Assembly: GCA_963663475.2 (NCBI GenBank)
Contig: CAXXJV010000001.1
Coordinates: 2,112,001-2,176,000 of the forward strand
DNA from: Candidatus Cloacimonadales bacterium
GTDB taxonomy: Bacteria; Cloacimonadota; Cloacimonadia; Cloacimonadales; JAFGVF01
Direction: 5' to 3'
DNA: 64,000 bases
This document shows positions 36,370 through 47,116 of this stretch, piece after piece; the first letter of the stretch is position 1; every line of letters begins with the position of its first letter. The translations under genes and the position numbers were made by a program. Below the pieces are notes generated by a model. It was not told the DNA's origin. It saw only the letters and a list, made by a program, of their open reading frames with translations, and did not search any database.

Positions 36370-38706
36370 TTGTCTAGGTCAGAATCTTTAGTCATGATTA
36401 TGCAAAGAAAGAAAATTAAAATACTTGGTCTGCTATTAGTTATTTTTACTCTTAGTTTCTTAGGCTCAATTATTTTTATTCATGCACCTAAAGATTCTGA
36501 CTGGGACTATTCTTCTCAAATTTTAGATGAAAATGGTAAATTCTTAAGAGTTTATCTGGATGTAAATGACCAATGGCACTTAGCCTACAATGCTCCTATA
36601 CCAGAAAAATTAAAGATAGCTATTCTTCAATTTGAAGATAAACACTTCTACTCCCATCCAGGCATTAATCCCTTCTCAATACTCAGAGCTTTATATACTA
36701 ATATCTCTGCTGGGACCATAGTGAGCGGCGGTTCTACTATAACTATGCAAGTAGCTAGACTTTACTCTCAAGGAGATAGAAATCTTCTTAATAAAATAAA
36801 AGAAGCTCTTATCTCCATTAAATTAGAAGTATTGAACACTAAAGATGAAATCCTTCTCACTTACCTTAATAATGCACCTTACGGAAGCAATATTGTTGGT
36901 ATAGAGACTGCTGCTTATAAATACTATGGCAAAAAAATTCAAGAACTAACCTGGGCTGAAGCTTGCCTCTTTGCAGTCTTACCTAATAATCCTGGCTATC
37001 TATTCCCAGGTAGCAATACTAACAGACTAAAAGATAAAAGAGATAAACTTCTTAATAAACTTAAAGAACAAGGTTATCTTACTGATAATGAATACAAAAA
37101 TTCAATTAGAGAAAGGATCCCAAACAAGCATTACTCTTTCCCTCTCTTAGCCCCCCACTTAAGTGATAAACTCCACAGTCAAGGACCAGCTATCTACAAT
37201 ACCACTATTAATGGTGATTTGCAAAAGAAACTTGAAGATTTAGCTATCAGAAAAGGGTATTTATTAAATACTATGGGAATTAAGAATTTAGCAATCCTAG
37301 TTAGTGATACTAAAAATCACCAAGTAAAAGCTTATATAGGTTCTCAAAACTATTTTTCTAAATCCACTAATGGCTTTAATGATGGAGTACTTGCTTTAAG
37401 ATCCTCTGGGTCAATACTTAAACCCTTTATTTATGGATATGGACTTGAGAAAGGATTAATAACTCCTAACTCTCTCTTAGAAGATACTAAACAAAATTAT
37501 GGTATGTTACTACCCCAGAACTATGATAAGCAATATAGAGGATTAGTTACAGTTTCTCAAGCCCTACAAAAGTCACTTAATATCCCAGCTTATGAGATTA
37601 CTCAAAAAATAGGTCTCTATGATGTAACCTCAGTTCTCAAAAGTGTAGGAATGACAAGCTTGACAAGAGATCCTTCAACTTATGGTCTTTCAATCTGTGT
37701 AGGAGGAGCGGAAACTAATCTCTGGGATCTCAGTCAAATGTACCAGACTCTGGGAAATTATGGACAGTATAATAAGCTAAGTGTCCTTAAAGATAGTGAA
37801 GCTCATCAAAAGACAAGTCTGCTATCTCCTGCAAGTTCTTATCAAATTCTAGACATCTTAAGAGGTCTTAAAGTTCCTGATTCCTTTCCCGCAAATAATC
37901 TTAATATAGCTTGGAAAACGGGAACAAGTAATGGTTTTAGAGATGCTTGGGCTGTTGGACTTAATGAAGATTGGACAATTGCGGTTTGGGCAGGAAACTT
38001 CACAGGAGAAGGCAATCATAAGCTATCAGGAAGAAACATTGCAGGTGATATTCTTTTCCAAGTTGCTAGTGGTTTAATCTCTCCTCATGCTAGTTTTTTT
38101 ATAAAGCCTTGGTCTGATTTAAAACAAGTTCCAATCTGCCAAGTATCAGGGTATAGTCCAACTAAAAATTGCCAGGATACCCTTTGGATAGATGTACCCA
38201 AGAATGCTAACATATTACCTAACTGCCCTTATCATAAAAGTGTAGTTGTGGATAGTGAGGAAACAATGCAAGTATGTTCAGATTGCTGGCAAGGTATTAA
38301 ACATAAGACTATTTCTGTCTTGGACTATCCCCCTAATGTAGATTATCACCTTAAAGAAAATTCTATCACTTACCCTAAGTTACCTAAACATAATCCACAA
38401 TGCACAAGAATTCAAGAGGAAGAAAAATTAATTATTAAGTATCCAATCAACAATAGTAAAATCTATTTACCTATTGACTTGAATGGAAAAATAAACTCTT
38501 TCCAGGCTGAAGCAGTTTCTGATCATGACCAGCTATATTGGTTTCTAAATAATAAATTCTTAGGGAAAACTACTAAAGTTCATAAACTAGATATTAAAAC
38601 AAATCCTGGTAAAAAGCACTTACACCTAGTTTCTCAAGAAGGCCTTTCAACACAAATAACTTTTGAAATAATTGTTAACTCAAATAAAACCTTTAACCCA
38701 GAATAA
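36370..38706 (+). CDS. pbpC: Penicillin-binding protein 1C
   Basis: Transglycosylase FEDKHFYSHPG and SGGSTITMQ; transpeptidase SILK, SLN and KTGT; BiPBP_C-like end. Confidence 0.93.
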   Translation: MSRSESLVMIMQRKKIKILGLLLVIFTLSFLGSIIFIHAPKDSDWDYSSQILDENGKFLRVYLDVNDQWHLAYNAPIPEKLKIAILQFEDKHFYSHPGINPFSILRALYTNISAGTIVSGGSTITMQVARLYSQGDRNLLNKIKEALISIKLEVLNTKDEILLTYLNNAPYGSNIVGIETAAYKYYGKKIQELTWAEACLFAVLPNNPGYLFPGSNTNRLKDKRDKLLNKLKEQGYLTDNEYKNSIRERIPNKHYSFPLLAPHLSDKLHSQGPAIYNTTINGDLQKKLEDLAIRKGYLLNTMGIKNLAILVSDTKNHQVKAYIGSQNYFSKSTNGFNDGVLALRSSGSILKPFIYGYGLEKGLITPNSLLEDTKQNYGMLLPQNYDKQYRGLVTVSQALQKSLNIPAYEITQKIGLYDVTSVLKSVGMTSLTRDPSTYGLSICVGGAETNLWDLSQMYQTLGNYGQYNKLSVLKDSEAHQKTSLLSPASSYQILDILRGLKVPDSFPANNLNIAWKTGTSNGFRDAWAVGLNEDWTIAVWAGNFTGEGNHKLSGRNIAGDILFQVASGLISPHASFFIKPWSDLKQVPICQVSGYSPTKNCQDTLWIDVPKNANILPNCPYHKSVVVDSEETMQVCSDCWQGIKHKTISVLDYPPNVDYHLKENSITYPKLPKHNPQCTRIQEEEKLIIKYPINNSKIYLPIDLNGKINSFQAEAVSDHDQLYWFLNNKFLGKTTKVHKLDIKTNPGKKHLHLVSQEGLSTQITFEIIVNSNKTFNPE

Positions 38707-38720
38707 TGCAGTAGCCCCTT

Positions 38721-38777
38721 GCGAATAGCAGAATCTAGCACTCTTCACTAAAGCTCTACTACTCTATCTGTGTTTAA
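38721..38777 (+). repeat. Dispersed intergenic repeat, copy C
   Basis: GCGAATAGCAGAATCTAGCACTCTTCACTAAAGCTCTACTACTCTATCTGTGTTTAA. Confidence 0.7.
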
Positions 38778-38950
38778 CCCTGGTAACTAACTATAATTAT
38801 CGAAAAGAACTAGTAGAAAATAAAGCTTAGTTAGCTTGCGAAAGAAAAACTTTCTCTTTCTCTTATAATTTATTCGCTATTCAAGATAAAAGAAGATTGA
38901 CATAATAAGCCTTTTGAAAAAACTTAAATAAACTAAATAAGGATTTATAT

Positions 38951-39718
38951 ATGAAATTAAGAATAATAACACTAATGATTATGCTTGTTACCTGCTCTTT
39001 ATTTGCAATCCAAGATCAGGAAAGATTAACCTTTAATATCAGGTATGGTATTGTATCTGCAGCAGAAGCAGAACTTTTTACCCGCTATATAATTCATACT
39101 GATTCGATCTATACTGAACCTATTGAAGCATTGAAGGTAACTTCTAAAGCAGAAACTTATTCCTTTTTTGATGTCTTTTTTAAAGTCAGAGATAGGATAA
39201 CATCCATTTCTGAACAAGATAGTGGCAAAGCTATCTATTATGAGAAGAACCTGAGAGAAGGTGGCTATAAACAAAGAAGACTCCATTATTATGATAGAGA
39301 AAATGAAAACTGTATCTATCAAAAATGGTCTTTTGGAAGAAAAGAATTCTCAACCAAAAATATCCCCATTACTAAAGATACTTATGACTTCTTAGGAGCA
39401 TTTTATCATATTAGACAAGAAGAATTAGCCGTTGGCGATACTATTAGGCTAACCATGTCTGGAGATGGTGTAACCTTTGATGCTAATATCGTTGTTCATG
39501 AAAGAGAAAAACTAAAAACTATTTTCGGTAAAAAGAACTGTCTGAAAATAGAACCTCAACTTACCCAAGAGACAATCTTTAAAAATTCAGGTAAGATTTA
39601 TATCTGGTTAACCGATGATGAATTTAAAATTCCTGTAAAAATGGAATCTGAAGTTAAATTCGGTTCCTTTGTAGCTGATTTGAAAGATGCCGAAAATGTA
39701 GGGTTGAAGATAAAATAA
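38951..39718 (+). CDS. DUF3108-like exported protein
   Basis: Signal peptide, FFKVRD, YIWLTDD...IPVK and FGS. Confidence 0.75.
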   Translation: MKLRIITLMIMLVTCSLFAIQDQERLTFNIRYGIVSAAEAELFTRYIIHTDSIYTEPIEALKVTSKAETYSFFDVFFKVRDRITSISEQDSGKAIYYEKNLREGGYKQRRLHYYDRENENCIYQKWSFGRKEFSTKNIPITKDTYDFLGAFYHIRQEELAVGDTIRLTMSGDGVTFDANIVVHEREKLKTIFGKKNCLKIEPQLTQETIFKNSGKIYIWLTDDEFKIPVKMESEVKFGSFVADLKDAENVGLKIK

Positions 39719-39854
39719 AAAGTATATTTTAACTTAAAAAACACTAATCTCTAGCTTTATTTCATAGCAAGCTATGGGGATTTATAGGAAAAAATACTGG
39801 ACTGTTTTTCTTTAACATTATTTATTGTTATTCAATCTATTTTTCGGAGGATGT

Positions 39855-40853
39855 ATGAATAGAAAAGTTTCTTTAACTGGTATAAAACCAACTGGTATGC
39901 CACATCTTGGCAACTTTGTTGGTTCAATCAGACCTGCTTTGGAGCTGGCAAAAGATTATGATGCTCGTTACTTTATTGCAGATTATCATGCTTTAAATCA
40001 AATAAAAGACCCAAAAAAAATAAGAGATATGACTTTTGAGGTAGCTTCAGCTTGGTTAGCTTGTGGTTTAGACCCCCAACAAGTTCTCTTTTATCGTCAA
40101 TCAGATGTTCCTGAAACCTTTGAGCTAGCTATCGCCTTAATGGCCTTCACTCCTAAAGGTTTAATGAATAGAGCCCATGCCTACAAGGCTATTGTTCAAA
40201 AAAATGAAGAAGAAGGAAACCCTCTTGATGATGGGGTAAATATTGGTCTCTTTACTTATCCTGTCTTAATGGCTGCTGATATTCTACTTTTTGACGCTGA
40301 TATAGTCCCTGTAGGTAAAGACCAACTTCAACACATTGAAATGGCAAATGATATTGCCCAATCCCTAAACTTCAACTATAAAGAAGAAATTCTTAAACTA
40401 CCAAAACCTTATACCCATGCTGATGCTGGTATTATTGTCGGACTAGATGGTAGAAAAATGAGTAAAAGTTACAACAATGAAATTTCTCTCTTCCTACCAG
40501 AAAAGAAACTTAGAAAAACTATTATGAAAATAGTTACTAATTCTCAGACTATTGAAGAAGTTAAAGATCCTGACCAGTGCAATGTCTTCTCTCTTTATAA
40601 AGTCTTTGCCACACCTGACCAACAAGCTGAACTAAGAAAAAGATATTTAGCTGGTGGAATGGGTTGGGGAGAGGCAAAACAAGCCCTCTTTGAAGCAGTA
40701 AATGACCAACTAAAAGAACCAAGAGAAAAATATTTTGACCTATTAGAGAATAGAGACTATGTTGATAAGATCTTGATTGAAGGTGCTGAAAAAGCGAGAG
40801 ATATAGCTTCAGCTACCATTAAAAGATTAAGAAAATCTATCGGTATTGATTAA
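39855..40853 (+). CDS. trpS: Tryptophan--tRNA ligase
   Basis: TGIKPTG.PHLGN, YPVLMAADIL, VPVGKDQ and KMSKS; SD GGAGG before the ATG at 39855. Confidence 0.97.
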   Translation: MNRKVSLTGIKPTGMPHLGNFVGSIRPALELAKDYDARYFIADYHALNQIKDPKKIRDMTFEVASAWLACGLDPQQVLFYRQSDVPETFELAIALMAFTPKGLMNRAHAYKAIVQKNEEEGNPLDDGVNIGLFTYPVLMAADILLFDADIVPVGKDQLQHIEMANDIAQSLNFNYKEEILKLPKPYTHADAGIIVGLDGRKMSKSYNNEISLFLPEKKLRKTIMKIVTNSQTIEEVKDPDQCNVFSLYKVFATPDQQAELRKRYLAGGMGWGEAKQALFEAVNDQLKEPREKYFDLLENRDYVDKILIEGAEKARDIASATIKRLRKSIGID

Positions 40854-40937
40854 AAATTATTTAAAATATTAGAAAATATTCTTGACAAAAAAACTAACTT
40901 AAATTTATATGAGTAAACTTATCGCAAGGGAGAAAAA

Positions 40938-41318
40938 ATGGAAATATTTCTTTTAGTAATACATATACTTATTAGTATTGCTTTGGTCTTATTGATCTTA
41001 GCTCAAACTTCTAAGGGTAATGGATTAGATAGTAATTTAGGCGGAGCTGCTTCTAACGTTTTTGGAAGTTCTGCTTCTGAAATGTTGAAAAAATGGACTC
41101 AGATTATCGGAGGACTTTTCTTGATCTCTTGTGTCTTCTTAGCTATTAATGTTAAGTCAGGTAAGTCAGTTGATAATGTTGCTCCAGCATCAACAGGTCA
41201 AGTCAACACTCAAGAGACTTCACCTGCACAAGAATTAGATCTCGAAGAAGGCGATATTCAGGAAATACCTGCTACTGAAGAAACTTCAGAAACAGCAAGT
41301 GAAACACCTGTAAGATAA
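40938..41318 (+). CDS. secG: Preprotein translocase subunit SecG
   Basis: Two TM helices separated by a Q.SKG.GL...GG....FG loop; followed by tRNA-Leu. Confidence 0.9.
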   Translation: MEIFLLVIHILISIALVLLILAQTSKGNGLDSNLGGAASNVFGSSASEMLKKWTQIIGGLFLISCVFLAINVKSGKSVDNVAPASTGQVNTQETSPAQELDLEEGDIQEIPATEETSETASETPVR

Positions 41319-41329
41319 AACTTTTAAAA

Positions 41330-41417
41330 GCAGGAGTGGTGGAATTGGCAGACACGCAAGACTAAGGATCTTGTGCCCATTGCGGGTGTGCGGGTTCAAG
41401 TCCCGCCTTCTGCACCA
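41330..41417 (+). tRNA. tRNA-Leu with anticodon AAG
   Basis: Acceptor GCAGGAG/CTTCTGC plus ACCA, long variable arm, anticodon stem CAAGA/TCTTG with loop CT-AAG-GA, T-loop GTTCAAGTC. Confidence 0.95.
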
Positions 41418-41422
41418 AACTT

Positions 41423-41449
41423 AAAAGCCCAACATTGTTGGGCTTTTTT
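41423..41449 (+). terminator. Terminator after tRNA-Leu (potentially bidirectional)
   Basis: AAAAGCCCAAC/GTTGGGCTTTT followed by T run. Confidence 0.85.
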
Positions 41450-41465
41450 GCTATTAAGAATTAAG

Positions 41466-41520
41466 TGCTAAAAGAATCTAGTGCTCTTCACTAAAGTTCT
41501 ACTGCACCATTCGGGATTAA
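41466..41520 (+). repeat. Dispersed intergenic repeat, copy D
   Basis: TGCTAAAAGAATCTAGTGCTCTTCACTAAAGTTCTACTGCACCATTCGGGATTAA. Confidence 0.7.
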
Positions 41521-41579
41521 ATTAATATCGCAAGAAAGAAAATTAAAAGTTTTTAGATGTAACTTTCAAGAAATCTAAA

Positions 41580-42440
41580 CTAGCTTGTAATTCCATGGTT
41601 ATCACGTTCAGCATTTTGATTTAAAGGTTCCCATAATTCAAGCTTATTTCCTTCTATATCAAGAATATGTACAAATTTTCCATAATCGTAGGTTACTATC
41701 TTATCTAGGATTTTAACTCCATTTGCTTTCATTTCTTCAACTAAAGATTCAAGGTTTTCAACACGGTAGTTAATCATAAAATCTTTTTCAGAAGGAGTAA
41801 AATAATCAGTTTTTTCATCAAATGGAGACCATTGAGTATAGGCAATATTCTCTTTATCAGGGTATTGACACCACTTGAAGCTTGTACCATATTCATCTGT
41901 GTTAAGTCCAAGGTGTTTAGAATACCATTCTTTAACCTTATAAGGGTCTTTAGATTTGAAAAAAATACCTCCAATACCACGAACTTTTTTAGACTTGTCT
42001 GCTATTTGAGATTTTGGCTCAACAATAATCATCCAGTTTATTCCAAACTTATCGGTAAATTGACCAAAATAATCACCCCAGAAGGCATCTCTCATTGGTG
42101 ATTGAATTTTACCATCCTTAGATAAGGCTCTAAAAAGTCTATCTGCCTCATTTTTAGAATCACTTGTAATAGATATTGAGAAGTTGTTCCCATGCTGAAA
42201 AGCTCCACTATTATCTTCAATATTATCGCAACCCATTAAGCTTGTCTCTTGACTAATTGGTAAGCTAACATGCAAGATTTTATTAGCATGCTTTGAATCA
42301 ATAGCTGGAAAAGCAGCTTGAGAGGGAATATCTTTGAAACGACTAAGATAGGTGAATTCCTTGCCAAAAACAGATTTGTAAAAGGTAAAGGCTTCTTCGC
42401 AATTACCATCAAAATTAAGATATACATTAACAGTGGTCAT
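41580..42440 (-). CDS. Two-domain VOC protein (PhnB-like plus glyoxalase/bleomycin-resistance-like)
   Basis: YLNFDGNCEEAF.FY...FWGDYFGQFTDKFGINW, then GIGGIFFK...YGKFVHILDIEGNKLELWEP. Confidence 0.85.
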   Translation of the reverse strand: MTTVNVYLNFDGNCEEAFTFYKSVFGKEFTYLSRFKDIPSQAAFPAIDSKHANKILHVSLPISQETSLMGCDNIEDNSGAFQHGNNFSISITSDSKNEADRLFRALSKDGKIQSPMRDAFWGDYFGQFTDKFGINWMIIVEPKSQIADKSKKVRGIGGIFFKSKDPYKVKEWYSKHLGLNTDEYGTSFKWCQYPDKENIAYTQWSPFDEKTDYFTPSEKDFMINYRVENLESLVEEMKANGVKILDKIVTYDYGKFVHILDIEGNKLELWEPLNQNAERDNHGITS

Positions 42441-42540
42441 TATTTCTCCAAAATTATTTATTTCTATTAATCAAGATAATAGAATTGAAGGAATAAGCAA
42501 AGTTTATCAACAGATAAGAAAATAAGATTATCTTTAAATA

Positions 42541-42867
42541 CTAAGAAACTATAAAATTAAAAGACAAGAAAATATACTTTCCATTGTCTCTATAAGTATA
42601 ATTATCAGATATATCAAATTTTTCATTTATAAGATTAATTAACTGCTGTTCATTGATATCTTTTACATCTTCTTTAAAAAATATCAATGAGAATGCATAG
42701 ATCCCATCCCATGACCATATTTCAAATCTTGCATCGTATTCTCTTATCTTTATAAAATCTGTCATTATTATTTTTGTCCCTTCATCAAGCTTCAAATCTT
42801 TAAATTTCGCTTTAATAGATGCTTTCTCTGAGCACATAGATTCTTCCTTATTTTCAGTTTTACTCAT
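42541..42867 (-). CDS. Hypothetical protein
   Basis: 108-aa ORF with SD AAGGA; no recognisable motif. Confidence 0.55.
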   Translation of the reverse strand: MSKTENKEESMCSEKASIKAKFKDLKLDEGTKIIMTDFIKIREYDARFEIWSWDGIYAFSLIFFKEDVKDINEQQLINLINEKFDISDNYTYRDNGKYIFLSFNFIVS

Positions 42868-43041
42868 AATAATATCCTTTAGTTATTTTTAGCACTATTA
42901 TTATAAACTGAAAATCAAAAAAGTAACAAAATAAATTATTTTTTTTATATCAGCTAGTCATAAATTATATTAAAAATAGTTTTAACTTGACAATTAAATT
43001 CTAAAACCATTTATGACGATAAATAAAATAAAGGAATAACT

Positions 43042-43650
43042 ATGAATTGTAAAAACGTATTACTTCTAGTACTTGTTACAATGATTACTAGTATTTTTGC
43101 TTTTGATGGAAAACACCAAGGATTCATAGTTGGAATTGGTGTGGGATACTCACCTGTTCTCTATAAAACTGAAATAGAAAATACACAAGGTTCTTTCGAA
43201 TCTGATGTAAAATTTGCCAATGGATTTGCAACTAATACTTTGGTTGGTTATGGATTTTCTAATCGATTAGAAGCTTTTATCACTAATAAAAATGTTTGGT
43301 ATGAACGAGATAAATTTAACCAAAGATCTTCAGATGACTTCATAATTAATTTCTTATCTGCTACTGGTATAACCTACTTTTTATCTAAAGAGCTTGATTA
43401 TCAAACATGGGCTCCATCACCTTATATATCTGCTGGAATAGGTCGTTTGGATTGGATTGATTTCTTTGGTGAAAGTCATGGTAATAAGGGTCGCTTGGGT
43501 TTCTTTGTTGGAGTGGGATATGAGTTTGTTGAGCATCTAAGACTTTCATTAGATTATTATTCAAACACTAAAGAAACTTCTTCTGATAATGGAGATAAAA
43601 CAAGATATTCTCATTCCTTTATACTTTCACTAAATGCTTTTGTATATTAA
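43042..43650 (+). CDS. Outer-membrane beta-barrel protein (OmpA/Opa-like), paralog 1
   Basis: Signal peptide, Gly/aromatic beta strands, SPYISAGIG and GVGYEF, aromatic C-terminus. Confidence 0.65.
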   Translation: MNCKNVLLLVLVTMITSIFAFDGKHQGFIVGIGVGYSPVLYKTEIENTQGSFESDVKFANGFATNTLVGYGFSNRLEAFITNKNVWYERDKFNQRSSDDFIINFLSATGITYFLSKELDYQTWAPSPYISAGIGRLDWIDFFGESHGNKGRLGFFVGVGYEFVEHLRLSLDYYSNTKETSSDNGDKTRYSHSFILSLNAFVY

Positions 43651-43693
43651 AATTTTAATTCTTTAAGAAAAATATTATAAAAAAGGAGTATGT

Positions 43694-44299
43694 ATGAAAA
43701 AGAAAATAGGGTTAATGGTAGCTTTTATTTGTATATTGGCTAATTTGGTGGCTTTTGATGGAAATAGAAAAGGTTTTCTATTAGGTTTTGGAGGAGGTGT
43801 TTCTAGTGTTTCCTATAAGCAAGAAGTAGAGTTTTTTGGCGAAACCATCAAAGCACCAAGTGTTAGTGAATATGGATTTGTAACAGACTTCAAAATAGGT
43901 TACGCTCCTGCTAATCATATTGAATTTTATTATACAAGTAAGACTGCTTGGATTAATTTATCAAATACTTATGGTGATGATATTGTCATTGCTGATGGAG
44001 TTGGATGTATAGGATTTTCATATTTTACTGAACCAAAATTGAAAAGTGGGGAATGGCACCCATCATTTTTCTTTAGTGGAGGTGTAGGGATTTCTTCATG
44101 GTCTGCTCCTTTTGATAGTGATATTGATGATAGATATAAGGGGGCTGGAGCTTTTTTAGGTTTTGGCTATGAACTAGCTAAGCATTACAGAATTAGTATG
44201 GAATACTTTGTAAATAATCCTTCGGATGATACAAATTATGGAACTGCTACAACTTATTCTGAAGTACTGATGATAACCTTTAGTGGACTTGCTTTTTAA
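43694..44299 (+). CDS. Outer-membrane beta-barrel protein, paralog 2
   Basis: Shares AFDG...GF..G.G.G and GYE with the upstream gene; C-terminal F. Confidence 0.65.
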   Translation: MKKKIGLMVAFICILANLVAFDGNRKGFLLGFGGGVSSVSYKQEVEFFGETIKAPSVSEYGFVTDFKIGYAPANHIEFYYTSKTAWINLSNTYGDDIVIADGVGCIGFSYFTEPKLKSGEWHPSFFFSGGVGISSWSAPFDSDIDDRYKGAGAFLGFGYELAKHYRISMEYFVNNPSDDTNYGTATTYSEVLMITFSGLAF

Positions 44300-44319
44300 G
44301 ATAATGATAGAATGAATTT

Positions 44320-44351
44320 AAGTGGTATTATGTTTATGGTACCACTTTTTT
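44320..44351 (+). terminator. Rho-independent terminator
   Basis: AAGTGGTA/TACCACTT stem followed by T run. Confidence 0.6.
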
Positions 44352-44437
44352 CATTGATAACAAGCCTAAAATTTAAATGAATATTTAAGAATGCATCAAG
44401 TTTGAGCCCCTTGTTTTTGATAAAATTCTCTTTTTCG

Positions 44438-44466
44438 TTGACAGACTAACAAAACAAAATTATAAT
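44438..44466 (+). promoter_or_regulatory. Sigma70-type promoter of purA
   Basis: Perfect TTGACA-17 nt-TATAAT. Confidence 0.8.
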
Positions 44467-44482
44467 GAATTAATGTTAATAA

Positions 44483-45751
<1,269 letters not shown>

Positions 45752-45925
45752 ATGTTATTTTACACTCAAGAGTTCACTAGTACTCTTGAGTGGTTATTTT
45801 ATTACTTTCTTAATACTTTTTCTAGATATGAGTAGAAAAGTGATTATATATAATATAGGGTCGTTTAAATAATTATAAAATTATTAGCTATTTGCTTAAA
45901 ACAATACATTAAACTTAAGGAGTTC

Positions 45926-47116
45926 ATGATGAAAAGGTCTTTTCTTATAGTAATTACTTTACTTCTAATCCAAATCAGTATAGCAGACGCTCAAGTTAAC
46001 TATAGTGCCCCTGAATTTATGCAGGCATATTACCAAGCTTATTCTAGAAACTATATCAATACATTGGCATCAGGTAGAGGAAATACAGGAGTAGCAAAAA
46101 TAGAAAATATTGAAAATGTTCTATTAAATCCTGCTGGTTTCTCAACAGATCACTCAGAAATGTATATAGAGTTCATGGTCAAACCTGAACAAAAAGAAAT
46201 TGGACATTTATATGATCAAAACTATCATTCTAATAAACCATTCACTTTTGTTGGCTTTGGATTTAATATTATTGATAAGTTATCTACTGGACTTTACTAT
46301 TCACTACCAAATAGCATTAAATACGATAGATATACTATTGATGATTATGGTACTGCTCTGATTCAAAATTCTAAACCTGAATATAACCAATATAGTTTTG
46401 GCTTAGTTAATTCTTACAAACTTGGTAAACTAAGTCTTGGATTTAATGCAAAATATGATATCCACTCAATAAAGAGTATGTTACTAAATGGATCTTCTGC
46501 TAAATTTGATTTGGACGAAAGCCTTGTTTCCTTCTCCACAGGAGCTATTTATCAAGTTAGTGATAGATTGAATCTTGGACTTGCTTACAATCATAGTTCT
46601 GAAATAGATTTTACTACCCAGTATTATTCATGGGATGTAAGTATTCCTGTAAGTTTCTCTGCAGGTATCTCTTATTATTATCTTTATGATAGTATTGTAA
46701 ATTTAGATTATGAAAAGAGGTTTAATAGTCAAATGAGTGATTACTATGATGATTTAGATATCTTCAAACTAGGACTAGAACAACAGATAAGAAATAGTAT
46801 AGTTCGATTTGGACTTATGTATATTCCATCTACATTCTCAGGACAAGTTAATCTACCAATTGCTAATCTAGATTCTCAGATAGAACCTCATTATCCAAAT
46901 AATTTTAACAATGGAATAGAGAATATACTATCCACTGAACAAACCTTCTTAACTATTGGTTATACCTTAAATATGGAAGAGCTAACCTTTAATCTAAGTG
47001 GCATGCAGGCTGTTGGTTCAGAGATGAAAACCACTCAACTTTCAATGTCTATTGGTGTTAACTTAACTGATTTCGATATAACCAAATATACACCAAAGAG
47101 TCGTGATGAAGACTAA
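45926..47116 (+). CDS. Exported, probable outer-membrane protein (FadL/PorV-like)
   Basis: Signal peptide, A.G.G..G.A and LLNPAG near the N-terminus, beta-strand pattern. Confidence 0.5.
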   Translation: MMKRSFLIVITLLLIQISIADAQVNYSAPEFMQAYYQAYSRNYINTLASGRGNTGVAKIENIENVLLNPAGFSTDHSEMYIEFMVKPEQKEIGHLYDQNYHSNKPFTFVGFGFNIIDKLSTGLYYSLPNSIKYDRYTIDDYGTALIQNSKPEYNQYSFGLVNSYKLGKLSLGFNAKYDIHSIKSMLLNGSSAKFDLDESLVSFSTGAIYQVSDRLNLGLAYNHSSEIDFTTQYYSWDVSIPVSFSAGISYYYLYDSIVNLDYEKRFNSQMSDYYDDLDIFKLGLEQQIRNSIVRFGLMYIPSTFSGQVNLPIANLDSQIEPHYPNNFNNGIENILSTEQTFLTIGYTLNMEELTFNLSGMQAVGSEMKTTQLSMSIGVNLTDFDITKYTPKSRDED

